This document shows, in pieces, positions 9,384 through 19,292 of a DNA stretch of 34,323 bases. Under the pieces are notes generated by a model. That model ran no database searches. It worked only from the letters and a program-made list of their open reading frames with translations, and was not told the DNA's origin. Position numbers and translations under genes: made by a program. Every line of letters begins with the position of its first letter. Position 1 is the first letter of the stretch. Source of the DNA: a virus (taxonomy: Duplodnaviria > Heunggongvirae > Uroviricota > Caudoviricetes); the IMG/VR virus record IMGVR_UViG_3300022747_000014; one strand, written 5' to 3'.

Positions 9384-9974
9384 ATGATGAAACCATTTCA
9401 GTCATACATTTTCGAATTGAAGAAACCGTTCGAATTTCGTGTTAAATTGGCAACGATTGAGCCTAAGGGTGAAGTAATGGAACGTATTAAAAATGCGTTA
9501 AACACTTACCAGTTAGAAAGCGTTAGCCCAGTTAAGAGTTTACCTATTATGGAACACAGAGAGTTTCCACAATGGGGCCCATGCGAGTGCTGGCAATTTG
9601 ATGTCAAAGTTGCCTACCCAACAAATACAGTAGCAATCCGTCAATTGATCAAAGAACGTGCCAATATTAATCCTGATTGGATTTGTGTTCGTAATTTAAA
9701 CGAAGCAGTTGACACAGAAGAAGCAGAAGCAATTGGGCAAGACACAAAAGGACCAGTACTGACTGATCCAGTTCTCAAAGATAATCCAGAAGGTCAAAGT
9801 TATGTAGGTCAGAACCGCATTGGTAATCTGCTAAAAGAACTTGAATCACGTAAATTTGAATTTGCACAAGACAGCAAAGAAGCCGGTAAAGATACAAATG
9901 ATTCTCCGGTTGGCGATGCAAGCCCTATGTCAAAACAGAATAAGATGTATAATCCGCTTAAAGGAAAAAAATAA
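9384..9974 (+). CDS. hypothetical protein, putative head-associated
   Basis: Start reassigned to ATG 9384 (AGGA SD at 9375, TAAATA at 9361-9366); N-terminus MMKPFQSYIFE is targeting-leader-like. Confidence 0.7.
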   Translation: MMKPFQSYIFELKKPFEFRVKLATIEPKGEVMERIKNALNTYQLESVSPVKSLPIMEHREFPQWGPCECWQFDVKVAYPTNTVAIRQLIKERANINPDWICVRNLNEAVDTEEAEAIGQDTKGPVLTDPVLKDNPEGQSYVGQNRIGNLLKELESRKFEFAQDSKEAGKDTNDSPVGDASPMSKQNKMYNPLKGKK

Positions 9975-11785
9975 TGAGCCACCACGACGACAATCTATAT
10001 ACCATTTTGGGTAAATTGCAAACGTTAAGAGCAGACGAGCAATCATCTGTTGCTGAAACAAAAACAACAGACACTGTCTACGAGAGCGTGGAAGCTCAAG
10101 GTAGCGTACTAGAAGGTGTTAACAAAGTTGAAGCTAAACTTCTTAAGCAGTTTCAAGAATCTAAAAAAGCCAAGAAAGATTACGACAAAGATGGCAAGAT
10201 TGAATCTGAAAAAGACGAAGTCATTGGTAGTCGCCGTAAAGCTGCTGGCCTAGACGAAGACTCTAAGAAGGCTAAAAAAGATTACGATAAAGATGGCGAG
10301 ATCGAGTCTGAAAAAGACGAAGTAATTGGTAGTCGTCGTAAAGCTGCGGGCTTAGACGAAAACCAAGTGGACGAAATGTTTGCGTTTGATACCAAGCCAG
10401 GTAAAGACAAAGGTCGTCCCGATGAGTTAGCTCGTCGTGCTAAATTGGGCAAGAACCCGTTAGCAAAAGGCAGTCCACACGCCTCTGAATACAAAACAAA
10501 AGACAAATATGGCAATGCATATAATATTGCTGGTCCAAAAGGTCAATTGCCAGAAGAGCGTGAAGAAAACGTTGCTATTCCCGGAACAGATAAAAAAGCT
10601 CAATCTAAATATACTCCGGTAAACAAGCCAGCACCTGTTAAGAAATTTGACAAACCGACTGACAAGTTTGACAAGATTAAAAACGAAGAGACAGTTTCTG
10701 AGCGAGCAAGAAACAAGTACTCTATTGGCATGGCAGCAGCTAAAAAGTCAGCTGGATACGGCTCTAAGCCGGCACACAACTTGCCAAAGAAAGTGATTAA
10801 CAAAGGTCACGAAATTGCCAGGAGCATTAACGAAGGCATTAACTTTGCTGAGATGATGCGCGATACTGATACTAGCGTAGCAGAGATGTTGAGCGAACTG
10901 CAAGCAGATATTACAGATTTTAAGAAAACAGGACATGCTAGTGACAAGCTAGAAGCCTTCTTAAAAGTGCACCACCATGGTAAGCGTCTAATGGGCGAAG
11001 CAGTGCCAAAGGGACCTAGCTTTGCACCACAAGATGCAATGGCATTAGCAAAACCAACAGCTCCATTTGAACCAAGTCGTATCCAAGGTACTAAACCACC
11101 GTCAATGGTAGACCGCGCTAAAGGCGCATTAGGTTCTGTCGCTAGCGGCATTAACAAAGTAATTGGTCACGGTAGTGATGAGGACTTGTTGGCAGACTTG
11201 CGTAACAAAAGCACAATGGAAGAAGATGCTAAGTTACACGAACTAGCACGTTTAGCTGGATTAACACTAGAAGAAAATTTTGAACTCAATGATGTTCCTG
11301 GCATGGGACAAGAGGGCAAGATTAGTGTTAGTTCTAACAGCAGCAGTGATGGCAACAGAAGTGTTAGTATCAATGCCGATGGCGAAGCAGCAGACGAACT
11401 AATGCAGATGTTAAAGATTGCTGGCCTTGGCGGCGGCGATGTTGATTTAGACATGTCGGCTATGCCAGATGATGAACTAGAAATGGTAGATGTTCCAACT
11501 GACTGTGGCGATGACGTAGTTAGCATGGACACAGACGGCTTGTCCGGGGACGAAGGAGTCGAAGAAGACTACTCCAATGAACCAGACGAACAATACTTTA
11601 GTATGAAGGCCAGTACGTTGAATCCAGGCGAAGGCGATAATGGCGAAAAACAAATGAACCCAGATCGTCCTACATTTAAGAATGGCGACAATGCAATGAG
11701 CCGCCCACCAATGCGTGAAGCTGTTCTTGCACTAGAAGCTGAACTGGCTGCTGAGTACGAAAGCATTAAAAAAGTTAGCAAGTAA
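9974..11785 (+). CDS. large acidic/low-complexity protein, putative internal head or scaffold-type protein
   Basis: 603 aa, D/E/K-rich, many (L/I/V)xE potential prohead-protease sites, internal 34-aa tandem duplication. Confidence 0.65.
   Translation: MSHHDDNLYTILGKLQTLRADEQSSVAETKTTDTVYESVEAQGSVLEGVNKVEAKLLKQFQESKKAKKDYDKDGKIESEKDEVIGSRRKAAGLDEDSKKAKKDYDKDGEIESEKDEVIGSRRKAAGLDENQVDEMFAFDTKPGKDKGRPDELARRAKLGKNPLAKGSPHASEYKTKDKYGNAYNIAGPKGQLPEEREENVAIPGTDKKAQSKYTPVNKPAPVKKFDKPTDKFDKIKNEETVSERARNKYSIGMAAAKKSAGYGSKPAHNLPKKVINKGHEIARSINEGINFAEMMRDTDTSVAEMLSELQADITDFKKTGHASDKLEAFLKVHHHGKRLMGEAVPKGPSFAPQDAMALAKPTAPFEPSRIQGTKPPSMVDRAKGALGSVASGINKVIGHGSDEDLLADLRNKSTMEEDAKLHELARLAGLTLEENFELNDVPGMGQEGKISVSSNSSSDGNRSVSINADGEAADELMQMLKIAGLGGGDVDLDMSAMPDDELEMVDVPTDCGDDVVSMDTDGLSGDEGVEEDYSNEPDEQYFSMKASTLNPGEGDNGEKQMNPDRPTFKNGDNAMSRPPMREAVLALEAELAAEYESIKKVSK
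10157..10360 (+). repeat. 102-nt (34-aa) in-frame tandem duplication
   Basis: (E/D)SKKAKKDYDKDG(K/E)IESEKDEVIGSRRKAAGLDE at 10157-10258 and 10259-10360, differing mostly at synonymous positions. Confidence 0.9.
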
Positions 11786-11786
11786 T

Positions 11787-12164
11787 ATGAAAATTACAGA
11801 AATAATCGTCGAAGGACATGATGGTGTAAAGCCCGGATTTGCTACTCAAGATAAAGGTGAGTGGCGATTCCGTGACCAAGGCGGTTACGATCGTACATAT
11901 AACTTAAACCGTGTAATGATGGCCACAGCAATGGCAGATGGTAAATCTACTAGCCCTGTGGAAATGGACCAAAGCAGTTGGGTTGAAAAATACAACATTG
12001 CTCGCCCGTACACTGAGGAAGAGCACAATATGATGCAACAAGCTCTTAAGACGGTTGATAGCGAATATCAACACACCGAACGTGATCATAAGAGCCGAGA
12101 GCAAGACGATGTACATCGTGTAAGTCCGCATCGTAATCCGGGTCCTATTGTTCGAAAAAGATGA
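11787..12164 (+). CDS. hypothetical protein, putative internal head protein
   Basis: 125 aa; N-terminus MKITEIIVEG is targeting-leader-like. Confidence 0.7.
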   Translation: MKITEIIVEGHDGVKPGFATQDKGEWRFRDQGGYDRTYNLNRVMMATAMADGKSTSPVEMDQSSWVEKYNIARPYTEEEHNMMQQALKTVDSEYQHTERDHKSREQDDVHRVSPHRNPGPIVRKR

Positions 12165-12562
12165 AACAGTATCGCATAACCTCTGCTAATTTTGTTTTGC
12201 CCGGCGAAACCGGAGATGCAGATGCGGTTATGGATGCTGCGGATTTAGCAGATATCAAACGTTTAGCAGGTATCGTAGAAACTGCCCCGGTCCCTGGTGG
12301 ACTTCAAGGGCCAGTAGGCGGTGTAATGGACAACGTAACAAACAGCACCGGCGATGGTATTGTTAGTCCAGTGGGCACAGTAGAGGAACCATCAAAACAA
12401 AGCCGCCGCGATCTTGAACGTGAATACAACGCCAAGACCGGGACGGATTTATGGTTTATAATTAACTTTGCTGACGCCGGTAGTATCAGACGTCAAATCG
12501 AAAGTTACCTAGATAAGCACCCTGAGTATCGTCAGCGTCCGCTGCCAACGCAGGATTTTTAA
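12161..12562 (+). CDS. hypothetical protein
   Basis: 133-aa ORF with ATGA overlap to the upstream gene. Confidence 0.65.
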   Translation: MKQYRITSANFVLPGETGDADAVMDAADLADIKRLAGIVETAPVPGGLQGPVGGVMDNVTNSTGDGIVSPVGTVEEPSKQSRRDLEREYNAKTGTDLWFIINFADAGSIRRQIESYLDKHPEYRQRPLPTQDF

Positions 12563-13070
12563 TTCCCAAGTACTTGTACCACGATTCTTGTGGCACATGA
12601 ATCTTTCGATCTTTCCACTTAGCAACCAAATTGTAATAGTCAGGCTTATAAGGGTCACGTAGTGGCTTCATAAGTTTGTGACCTTTTTTATGGTTACAAG
12701 GCTTGCAGCTAGTTACACAGTTTTCAAAGTTAGTTTTACCGCCGGCCATACGTGGAACCACGTGGTCAATGGTTAATGCTGCACTTTGGAAAACTTCACC
12801 GCAGTACTGGCAGGTGTATAAGTCGCGCAAATACATATTGCTACGGCTAAATTTAACTGCCTTCTTGTAGTTAAAGTACTCTTTGGTCACGCACACGCTG
12901 GGTACGTTAATGGATAGCTTTTCGCTACGCACAACCCAATCGTCGTAGGACTCTAGAATCGTTACACGATCCAAGAAATACAACTTTAATGCATGTTGCC
13001 AATTGATCACGCTTAATGGCAAGATCGAAATTGGCTCGTAGTTAGAATTTAACAAAAGAGTGTTTGACAT
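12486..13070 (-). CDS. HNH endonuclease (McrA/HNH_5-like)
   Basis: YLRDLYTCQYCG..LTIDHVVPR..GG..FENCVTSCKPCNHKKG; N-term TLLLNSNYEPI typical of this family. Confidence 0.92.
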   Translation of the reverse strand: MSNTLLLNSNYEPISILPLSVINWQHALKLYFLDRVTILESYDDWVVRSEKLSINVPSVCVTKEYFNYKKAVKFSRSNMYLRDLYTCQYCGEVFQSAALTIDHVVPRMAGGKTNFENCVTSCKPCNHKKGHKLMKPLRDPYKPDYYNLVAKWKDRKIHVPQESWYKYLGIKNPALAADADDTQGAYLGNFRFDV

Positions 13071-13098
13071 ATTTGATCACTTTTCAACTGTTATCAGT

Positions 13099-13104
13099 TA
13101 AATA
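13099..13104 (+). promoter_or_regulatory. late promoter core TAAATA
   Basis: In the AT-rich divergent gap before the large terminase. Confidence 0.5.
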
Positions 13105-13131
13105 TACTTATATTATATATGAAAAATCATT

Positions 13132-14691
13132 ATGAGTAAACCATTAGAAACAGCAATTATTAAAACTCCGTATCAGAAGGTGTCCCTTACTGAGCATCAG
13201 ATTATTGAGTTTGCTAGATGTGCAGATCCAGTAACTGGCCCACGGTATTTTATGAGCAATTACTTCTACATCCAGCATCCAACAAAAGGTAGTATACAGT
13301 ATCATCCATTTGAATACCAGGAGCGATTGATTGATGCGTATCATGTGAATAGATACAGTATCAGTTTGATGCCACGCCAAACAGGCAAGTCAACTAGTGC
13401 AGCAGGATATTTGCTTTGGTACGCTATGTTTGTTCCGGATAGTACTATTTTAGTAGCAGCACACAAGTACATTGGTGCACAAGAAATTATGCAACGTGTG
13501 CGTTACGCATACGAAAACTGCCCAGATCACATTAGGGCAGGCGTTACAAGTTATAACAAAGGCTCGTTGGACTTTGATAATGGTAGCCGTATTGTAAGTC
13601 AAACAACAACAGAAAACACAGGGCGTGGTATGTCTATTTCGCTCCTATACTGTGACGAGTTTGCTTTCGTTAGACCAACTATTGCCAGCGAATTCTGGAC
13701 TGCTATTACCCCTACTTTAGCCACTGGTGGTAAGTGTATTATTACATCAACTCCCAACAGTGACGAAGACCAGTTTGCACAAATTTGGCGTCAAGCTAAT
13801 AATACCTTTGATGAATTCGGTAACGAAACTCCGTTGGGCAAAAACGGATTCAAGGCATTCCGTAGCAACTGGCGCGAACATCCGGACCGCGATGAAAAGT
13901 GGGCCAGCGAAATGTTGGCACAGCTAGGTGAAGAACGTTTCCGTCGTGAAATGGAATGTGAGTTCATTATTTTCGACGAAACATTGATCAATCCGTTGCA
14001 CTTAGCTGAAATGGGCGGACTTGACCCAGTTGAAAAGCAAGGACAAATTCGTTGGTACAAGAAGCCACAGAAAGATTGTACATACGTAGTTGCACTTGAT
14101 CCCAGTCTGGGAACTGGCAGTGACCCTGCTGCTATTCAAGTGTTTGAGTTGCCGGGACTAAAACAGGTTGCAGAATGGAGCCATAATAAAACAATGGTTC
14201 AACGACAAGTTGCAATTCTTAAAGAAATTTGCCAGTACTTAACTGAAGTAGCGGGTCAAACAAACGTGTATTACAGTGTCGAAAATAACACACTGGGTGA
14301 GGCTGCATTAGTTGCTATTAGCGAACTGGGTGAAGAAAACATCCCGGGCACATTCTTAACAGAACCCAAAAAGCATGGTATTGGCAGAGTACGTAAGGGA
14401 TTTACTACAACCAACAAGAGCAAATTAGCAGCATGTGCAAAGTTAAAGAGTCTAGTTGAAACTAAACGTATTGCTATTGTCAGTAAAGCATTGATTTCGG
14501 AACTCAAGACGTTCGTGGCATCTGGTAACAGTTATGCAGCCAAGATTGGTGAACACGATGACTTGGTAATGTCTACACTATTGGCTATCCGCATGATCCA
14601 AATGCTACAAAGCTACGATTCTACCATGGATGCTGAGCTCAGGGACGGGTTGGACACGTTTGTGGAGCCAATGCCGTTCATAATGATCTAA
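13132..14691 (+). CDS. gp17: terminase large subunit (gp17-like)
   Basis: Walker A LMPRQTGKS, Walker B LLYCDEFAF, ITSTPN, nuclease ALDPS..D and HDDLVM motifs. Confidence 0.96.
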   Translation: MSKPLETAIIKTPYQKVSLTEHQIIEFARCADPVTGPRYFMSNYFYIQHPTKGSIQYHPFEYQERLIDAYHVNRYSISLMPRQTGKSTSAAGYLLWYAMFVPDSTILVAAHKYIGAQEIMQRVRYAYENCPDHIRAGVTSYNKGSLDFDNGSRIVSQTTTENTGRGMSISLLYCDEFAFVRPTIASEFWTAITPTLATGGKCIITSTPNSDEDQFAQIWRQANNTFDEFGNETPLGKNGFKAFRSNWREHPDRDEKWASEMLAQLGEERFRREMECEFIIFDETLINPLHLAEMGGLDPVEKQGQIRWYKKPQKDCTYVVALDPSLGTGSDPAAIQVFELPGLKQVAEWSHNKTMVQRQVAILKEICQYLTEVAGQTNVYYSVENNTLGEAALVAISELGEENIPGTFLTEPKKHGIGRVRKGFTTTNKSKLAACAKLKSLVETKRIAIVSKALISELKTFVASGNSYAAKIGEHDDLVMSTLLAIRMIQMLQSYDSTMDAELRDGLDTFVEPMPFIMI

Positions 14692-14693
14692 GG

Positions 14694-14699
14694 TAAATA
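14694..14699 (+). promoter_or_regulatory. late promoter core TAAATA (leaderless)
   Basis: TAAATA-CATC-ATG(14704). Confidence 0.6.
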
Positions 14700-14703
14700 C
14701 ATC

Positions 14704-16143
14704 ATGTCTAAAGAAATTGAATCAGCATCAGCTGCGTTATTTGATAAAATCCGTAGCAGATTTAGTCCCATTAACTTGGGCGACGAGAAAGCCAACGCCA
14801 CTAGCTCTCCAGAGAAAGCAAGATTTTTTAACTTTGTTTACACTGACAGCGATGGTATTGATCACGGCAATATAACAATGAGTTTGATTGGCGAGGAAAG
14901 TCTCAAGATTTACTTTAGCCACAACGTAACAGATAACATGTCTGCCGAACAACGCACCGAATGGTTTACATTCTTGCGTAATCTTCGCAAGTTTGCCAAG
15001 CGTAATTTGTTAAAGTTTGATACACGTGATATTAACAAGTCCAATTTGGATCTACGTGATATCAAACAACAGACTAGTTCGGACGATACATTTACTTCAG
15101 ACGAAGTTATTGCCGAAAGTAAGCTGCGTGGCACACCGGGCAGACCGTATCACAGTATTGCAGAAGCAGGCAAAACCAAAATTTTAGTTAAACACTCGGA
15201 CCGTATTAACGACGAAGTACGCGGCGCCCGCACTAGAAAGATTGAAAGTATTTTTCTTGAAACTGAACTAGGAGAACGATTCCTGTTACCTCACAACAAT
15301 CTACATGGCGCATATGCTCTAGCTGAACATTTGAACCAAGGTGGTACTGTGCACGATGACTTTGCAGGGCATATCAACGGCATGGTTAATGAAATGAATG
15401 CAATGCGCCATTTTGTTAGAGGCACACGTTTACGTGAGTTCGAAGATGCTGAAACAACTGCAATGACCGAAGCTGCATTTCAACACTATGCAGACCTTAA
15501 AGAAACTTTGAAGAAGTTGAAAAGTAGTAGATACTTTTCGGAGTACAAAGAATGTTATGTTCCTGTTCGCCCAATCGAAGAAGAAATTGATGTCAACACG
15601 TTAAAAGAGCGTTGGGTTAAAAAGGTATATGATGATCGTTTTGACGAAGCATTGCCGTATGTGTATCGTGCATATGCACAACAAAATGAATCAGCGAATC
15701 GATTCAGCAGCGAATTAGATGAATGGGCAGACTCTGTATTAGCAGAAACCGTTGCCACTGACGCAGAGTTAGTTGCTAGGTTAAATGACTTTATGAGTCA
15801 GCCACAGCCGGGCGGTATTGATGGCATCGATGTAGTGGCAGAACTAAGTTCAATACTACCGAATAAAGACAGCTTGATTAGTGTAGTTCAAAATTACTGC
15901 GGCCCAGAGGGCCAAGGCCCCGATGCTGACACTCGTGCTATTGTTAAAAAATGGTTAGAGTACCGCATGCCCGAAGTATACAACGAATTAGACTTTGATC
16001 AAACAAACGGTCAAGTAGACTTCGCTGGAGAAGTTAGTCCAAACCAACAGCCATCGCACGAATACGGTGCAACGGGTATGGATGAACCTGTAGTAAACGA
16101 AAACGATTTAAATCTATTGCGTAGTCTCGCTGGGATAAAATAA
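14704..16143 (+). CDS. hypothetical late protein, possibly virion-associated
   Basis: 479-aa ORF with its own late promoter and a downstream terminator; acidic C-terminus ending LRSLAGIK. Confidence 0.75.
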   Translation: MSKEIESASAALFDKIRSRFSPINLGDEKANATSSPEKARFFNFVYTDSDGIDHGNITMSLIGEESLKIYFSHNVTDNMSAEQRTEWFTFLRNLRKFAKRNLLKFDTRDINKSNLDLRDIKQQTSSDDTFTSDEVIAESKLRGTPGRPYHSIAEAGKTKILVKHSDRINDEVRGARTRKIESIFLETELGERFLLPHNNLHGAYALAEHLNQGGTVHDDFAGHINGMVNEMNAMRHFVRGTRLREFEDAETTAMTEAAFQHYADLKETLKKLKSSRYFSEYKECYVPVRPIEEEIDVNTLKERWVKKVYDDRFDEALPYVYRAYAQQNESANRFSSELDEWADSVLAETVATDAELVARLNDFMSQPQPGGIDGIDVVAELSSILPNKDSLISVVQNYCGPEGQGPDADTRAIVKKWLEYRMPEVYNELDFDQTNGQVDFAGEVSPNQQPSHEYGATGMDEPVVNENDLNLLRSLAGIK

Positions 16144-16170
16144 CTCAACTGGGACTAAATTGATTCAACC

Positions 16171-16200
16171 AAAGGCACAGAAATTTGTGCCTTTTCTTTT
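16171..16200 (+). terminator. intrinsic terminator
   Basis: AAAGGCACA-GAAATT-TGTGCCTTT followed by TCTTTT. Confidence 0.85.
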
Positions 16201-16228
16201 GACTATGCTAAATACATTATCATATACT
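16199..16228 (+). promoter_or_regulatory. sigma70-like promoter with nested late TAAATA upstream of gp32
   Basis: TTGACT-18-TATACT with TAAATA at 16209-16214. Confidence 0.55.
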
Positions 16229-16295
16229 AGCGACTGTGCTATTTAATATGATTAGGCACTTAAAAGACCATCTTAATTTATAAAGGAAATACATC

Positions 16296-17300
16296 ATGGC
16301 AATGACTTTAGCAGAAATCCGCGCAAAATTACAAGCGCAAGAAACACGTAAAAGCGGCGACAAGCCACAAGGCGATAATGCCATTTACGCACACTGGAAC
16401 ATTCCAGAAAATACAACAGCCCGAGTACGATTTTTACCAGACGGTAATCCCAAGAATGACTTCTTCTGGGTTGAGCGTCAAATGATCAACTTGCCTTTTG
16501 CAGGCATCAAGGGTCAAAGCGATAGCAAACCAGTTACAGTTAAAGTTCCTTGTGTTGAAATGTGGGGAGCGGCATGTCCTATCCTTGCAGAAGTTCGCAC
16601 TTGGTTCAAAGACCCTAACTTAGAAGACATGGGTCGTAAGTACTGGAAAAAGCGTAGTTATTTGTTCCAAGGTTTTGTTCGTGACAACCCAATTGGTGAC
16701 GACAAGACTCCAGAGAACCCAATCCGCCGTTTCATCATCAGTCCTCAGATCTTTAACTTGATCAAGAATGCATTGATGGACCCAGAGTTGGATCAACGCC
16801 CAGACGACTACCAAGAAGGTCTTGATTTCAACATCAAGAAGACCAGCAAAGGCGGCTATGCAGACTACAACACATCAACATGGGCACGTAAGCCTACAGC
16901 ATTAACTTCAGATGAAGCAGGTGCAGTTGAGCAATACGGCTTATACAATCTAAGCGACTTTATGCCTAAGCAACCAACTGATATTGAGTTGTCGGTTATT
17001 AAAGAAATGTTCGAAGCGTCAGTTGATGGTCAACCATACGATCCAGATCGTTGGGCCAATTACTTCAAGCCTAACGGCCTACAAGTAGGCGCAGGCAGCA
17101 CTGGCGAAGAGTCACATGCTACTCCTGTACCACAATCCCGCCCTGCGGTTGCCGCAGCGCCTACTCCAGTAGCAGAAGCTGAACCTTGGGAAGCAGATGC
17201 AGCAGAAGCCGCAGAAGCCCCGGTTGTTACACCAGCAGCCAAACCTTCTAGCCAACGTGCTGAAGACATCTTGGCAATGATTCGCAACCGCAAGCAATAA
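16296..17300 (+). CDS. gp32: single-stranded DNA-binding protein (gp32-like)
   Basis: VRFLPD, CP, YWKKRSY..GFVRD, FNIKKTSKGGYADY..S.W motifs; AAGGA SD. Confidence 0.92.
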   Translation: MAMTLAEIRAKLQAQETRKSGDKPQGDNAIYAHWNIPENTTARVRFLPDGNPKNDFFWVERQMINLPFAGIKGQSDSKPVTVKVPCVEMWGAACPILAEVRTWFKDPNLEDMGRKYWKKRSYLFQGFVRDNPIGDDKTPENPIRRFIISPQIFNLIKNALMDPELDQRPDDYQEGLDFNIKKTSKGGYADYNTSTWARKPTALTSDEAGAVEQYGLYNLSDFMPKQPTDIELSVIKEMFEASVDGQPYDPDRWANYFKPNGLQVGAGSTGEESHATPVPQSRPAVAAAPTPVAEAEPWEADAAEAAEAPVVTPAAKPSSQRAEDILAMIRNRKQ

Positions 17301-17314
17301 TATTGCTTTGACGT

Positions 17315-18199
17315 TTGTCTATGCAGGTTAAATTGGCATTCAATAACAGCGGCGATGAGCTGCTGTTTGATGCGGTTAACTATGAAGTCATTGAGTACTA
17401 TGTTGATTGCCTAAATGAACATAAGCTCAATGACTTCACTCTTTTACAACCAGCTGGACAACTAATCAACTCGGGCATTAATAATTTACACAATGCCATT
17501 GTTGATGCTAACACATATATTCGTAATATAACGTTTAAGGAAGTCGGTTCTTATACAGACATAGAGTATCTTGATCAACGGGTTTTAAATAAATTACACG
17601 CAGACTGGGTGCAGTCACAAAGCTGTGTAGTTAACGTTCAACATAACAGATTACATTCTAGTGCAGATATAAGAGAATTGGCTGAACAGTTACATCATTT
17701 ATTGCCCGACGGTGATATAGTAACACTAGGCACAGCATTGCATAAACTAAATCTGTCCAACGATTACAATAGGATAAATTTAAGTGTTCATGCACTGGAA
17801 GAGATGTTTAATAACATTAAGTACAAGACTAATTCTTGGATAGAATTTCCGAATCCGTTTCCTAAGTCGATATTAACAAATGATATCAGTAATTTAAGAT
17901 TATCGTTTAATCATTTAGGTAGAACATTGTATAACAAGTTCCGAGTGTTTGACAATACTTTAGAGTTCAACGATGAAAACACATACGATCAATTGCTGGG
18001 ATTTGTGTCTATTCATTTACAACAGCCACAGACTATTCCGCTAAGTAAAGAATATATTCAATGGTGTTCAAACAATAAAGTAGAGCCTTCGGGAGACTTT
18101 TTAAACGTAGGTAATCTTCCTGACATAAACAATAGAGTTAGCGAATATAGACAATTAGTATTTAGAAATATTAATAACAATTTTAAAATAGAGGTATAA
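17315..18199 (+). CDS. hypothetical protein
   Basis: 294-aa Asn/Leu-rich ORF filling the gp32-uvsX gap; ATG 17321 is a possible start. Confidence 0.7.
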   Translation: MSMQVKLAFNNSGDELLFDAVNYEVIEYYVDCLNEHKLNDFTLLQPAGQLINSGINNLHNAIVDANTYIRNITFKEVGSYTDIEYLDQRVLNKLHADWVQSQSCVVNVQHNRLHSSADIRELAEQLHHLLPDGDIVTLGTALHKLNLSNDYNRINLSVHALEEMFNNIKYKTNSWIEFPNPFPKSILTNDISNLRLSFNHLGRTLYNKFRVFDNTLEFNDENTYDQLLGFVSIHLQQPQTIPLSKEYIQWCSNNKVEPSGDFLNVGNLPDINNRVSEYRQLVFRNINNNFKIEV

Positions 18200-18200
18200 C

Positions 18201-19292
18201 ATGGCAACAAAACCATTTGATGTAAGCAAATTTCGTAAGTCAATTACTAAAAGCATTGACGGAATCTCAGTTGGATTCAATGACCCAACAGACTGGATCT
18301 CAACAAACAACTACGCTCTCAACTATCTTATTAGTGGGGATTTTAACCGTGGTATCCCAATGGGCAAGGTTACTGTATTTGCTGGCGAATCTGGTGCAGG
18401 TAAATCCTATATCTGCTCTGGAAATATCGTTAAGAACGCACAAGAGCAAGGCATTTATCCTATTCTCATCGATACTGAAAACGCATTGGATGAAGCGTGG
18501 TTACACGCTCTCGGTGTTGATACAAGTGAAGACAAACTCCTTAAACTTAATATGGCGATGATCGATGATGTTGCTAAAATGATCAGTGAGTTTGTTAAAG
18601 AGTACAAAACATTGCCAGAGGATGCTCGTCCTAAGGTTGTGTTTATTTTAGACAGCTTGGGTATGTTATTAACCCCAACTGACGTTAACCAATTTACAGC
18701 AGGCGATTTAAAAGGTGACTTGGGGCGTAAGCCTAAAGCACTTACTGCACTTGTTCGTAACTGTGTGAACATGTTCGGCGACTTAAACATTGGCTTGGTT
18801 GCTACTAACCATACCTATGCTTCACAGGACATGTTTGATCCCGATGATAAGATCTCGGGTGGTCAAGGCTTTATCTACGCTAGCTCTATTGTTGTTGCTA
18901 TGCGTAAGTTGAAGTTGAAAGAAGACGAAGATGGTAACAAGATTTCAGAAGTTAAGGGTATTCGTGCCGCGTGTAAGATCATGAAGACACGTTATGCCAA
19001 GCCTTTTGAATCAGTTCAAGTCAAGATTCCGTATGAAACAGGTATGAATCCATACAGCGGGTTAACTGACTTGATTGAAGGCAAAGAAATGCTAAAGAAA
19101 GAAGGCAACAGTCTTGTCTACACAACTGCTGATGGAGAAATTATTAAGAAGTTCCGCAAAGCATGGGAACGTAATGATGATGGCTGCTTGGATCAAGTTA
19201 TGAAAGATATTACTGCTAACCCACATATCTTTGACAAGAGCACACCCGAAGAAGCTCCTGATACTCCTGCAGAAGATGTTGTAGCAGAATGA
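18201..19292 (+). CDS. uvsX: RecA-like recombinase (UvsX)
   Basis: Walker A FAGESGAGKS, IDTENA, LDSLG, TNHTY, SGGQG..YASS motifs; GAGG SD. Confidence 0.96.
   Translation: MATKPFDVSKFRKSITKSIDGISVGFNDPTDWISTNNYALNYLISGDFNRGIPMGKVTVFAGESGAGKSYICSGNIVKNAQEQGIYPILIDTENALDEAWLHALGVDTSEDKLLKLNMAMIDDVAKMISEFVKEYKTLPEDARPKVVFILDSLGMLLTPTDVNQFTAGDLKGDLGRKPKALTALVRNCVNMFGDLNIGLVATNHTYASQDMFDPDDKISGGQGFIYASSIVVAMRKLKLKEDEDGNKISEVKGIRAACKIMKTRYAKPFESVQVKIPYETGMNPYSGLTDLIEGKEMLKKEGNSLVYTTADGEIIKKFRKAWERNDDGCLDQVMKDITANPHIFDKSTPEEAPDTPAEDVVAE

Noticed and set aside
7443-11781. Multiple antisense ORFs within structural genes (e.g. 7443..7883, 8809..9165, 10807..11157, 11167..11532)
   Set aside because: They are fully nested opposite well-supported genes, with composition reflecting the sense-strand codon bias.
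16230-16295. T4 gene 32-type autoregulatory pseudoknot
   Set aside because: Only a weak GTGC/GCAC pairing is visible and no convincing second stem; the AT-rich unstructured leader is compatible with autoregulation but is not evidence for it.
13132-19292. Intein or group I intron in terminase or UvsX
   Set aside because: Both are continuous ORFs of ordinary length with no C/S...HN splice motifs or LAGLIDADG insertions.
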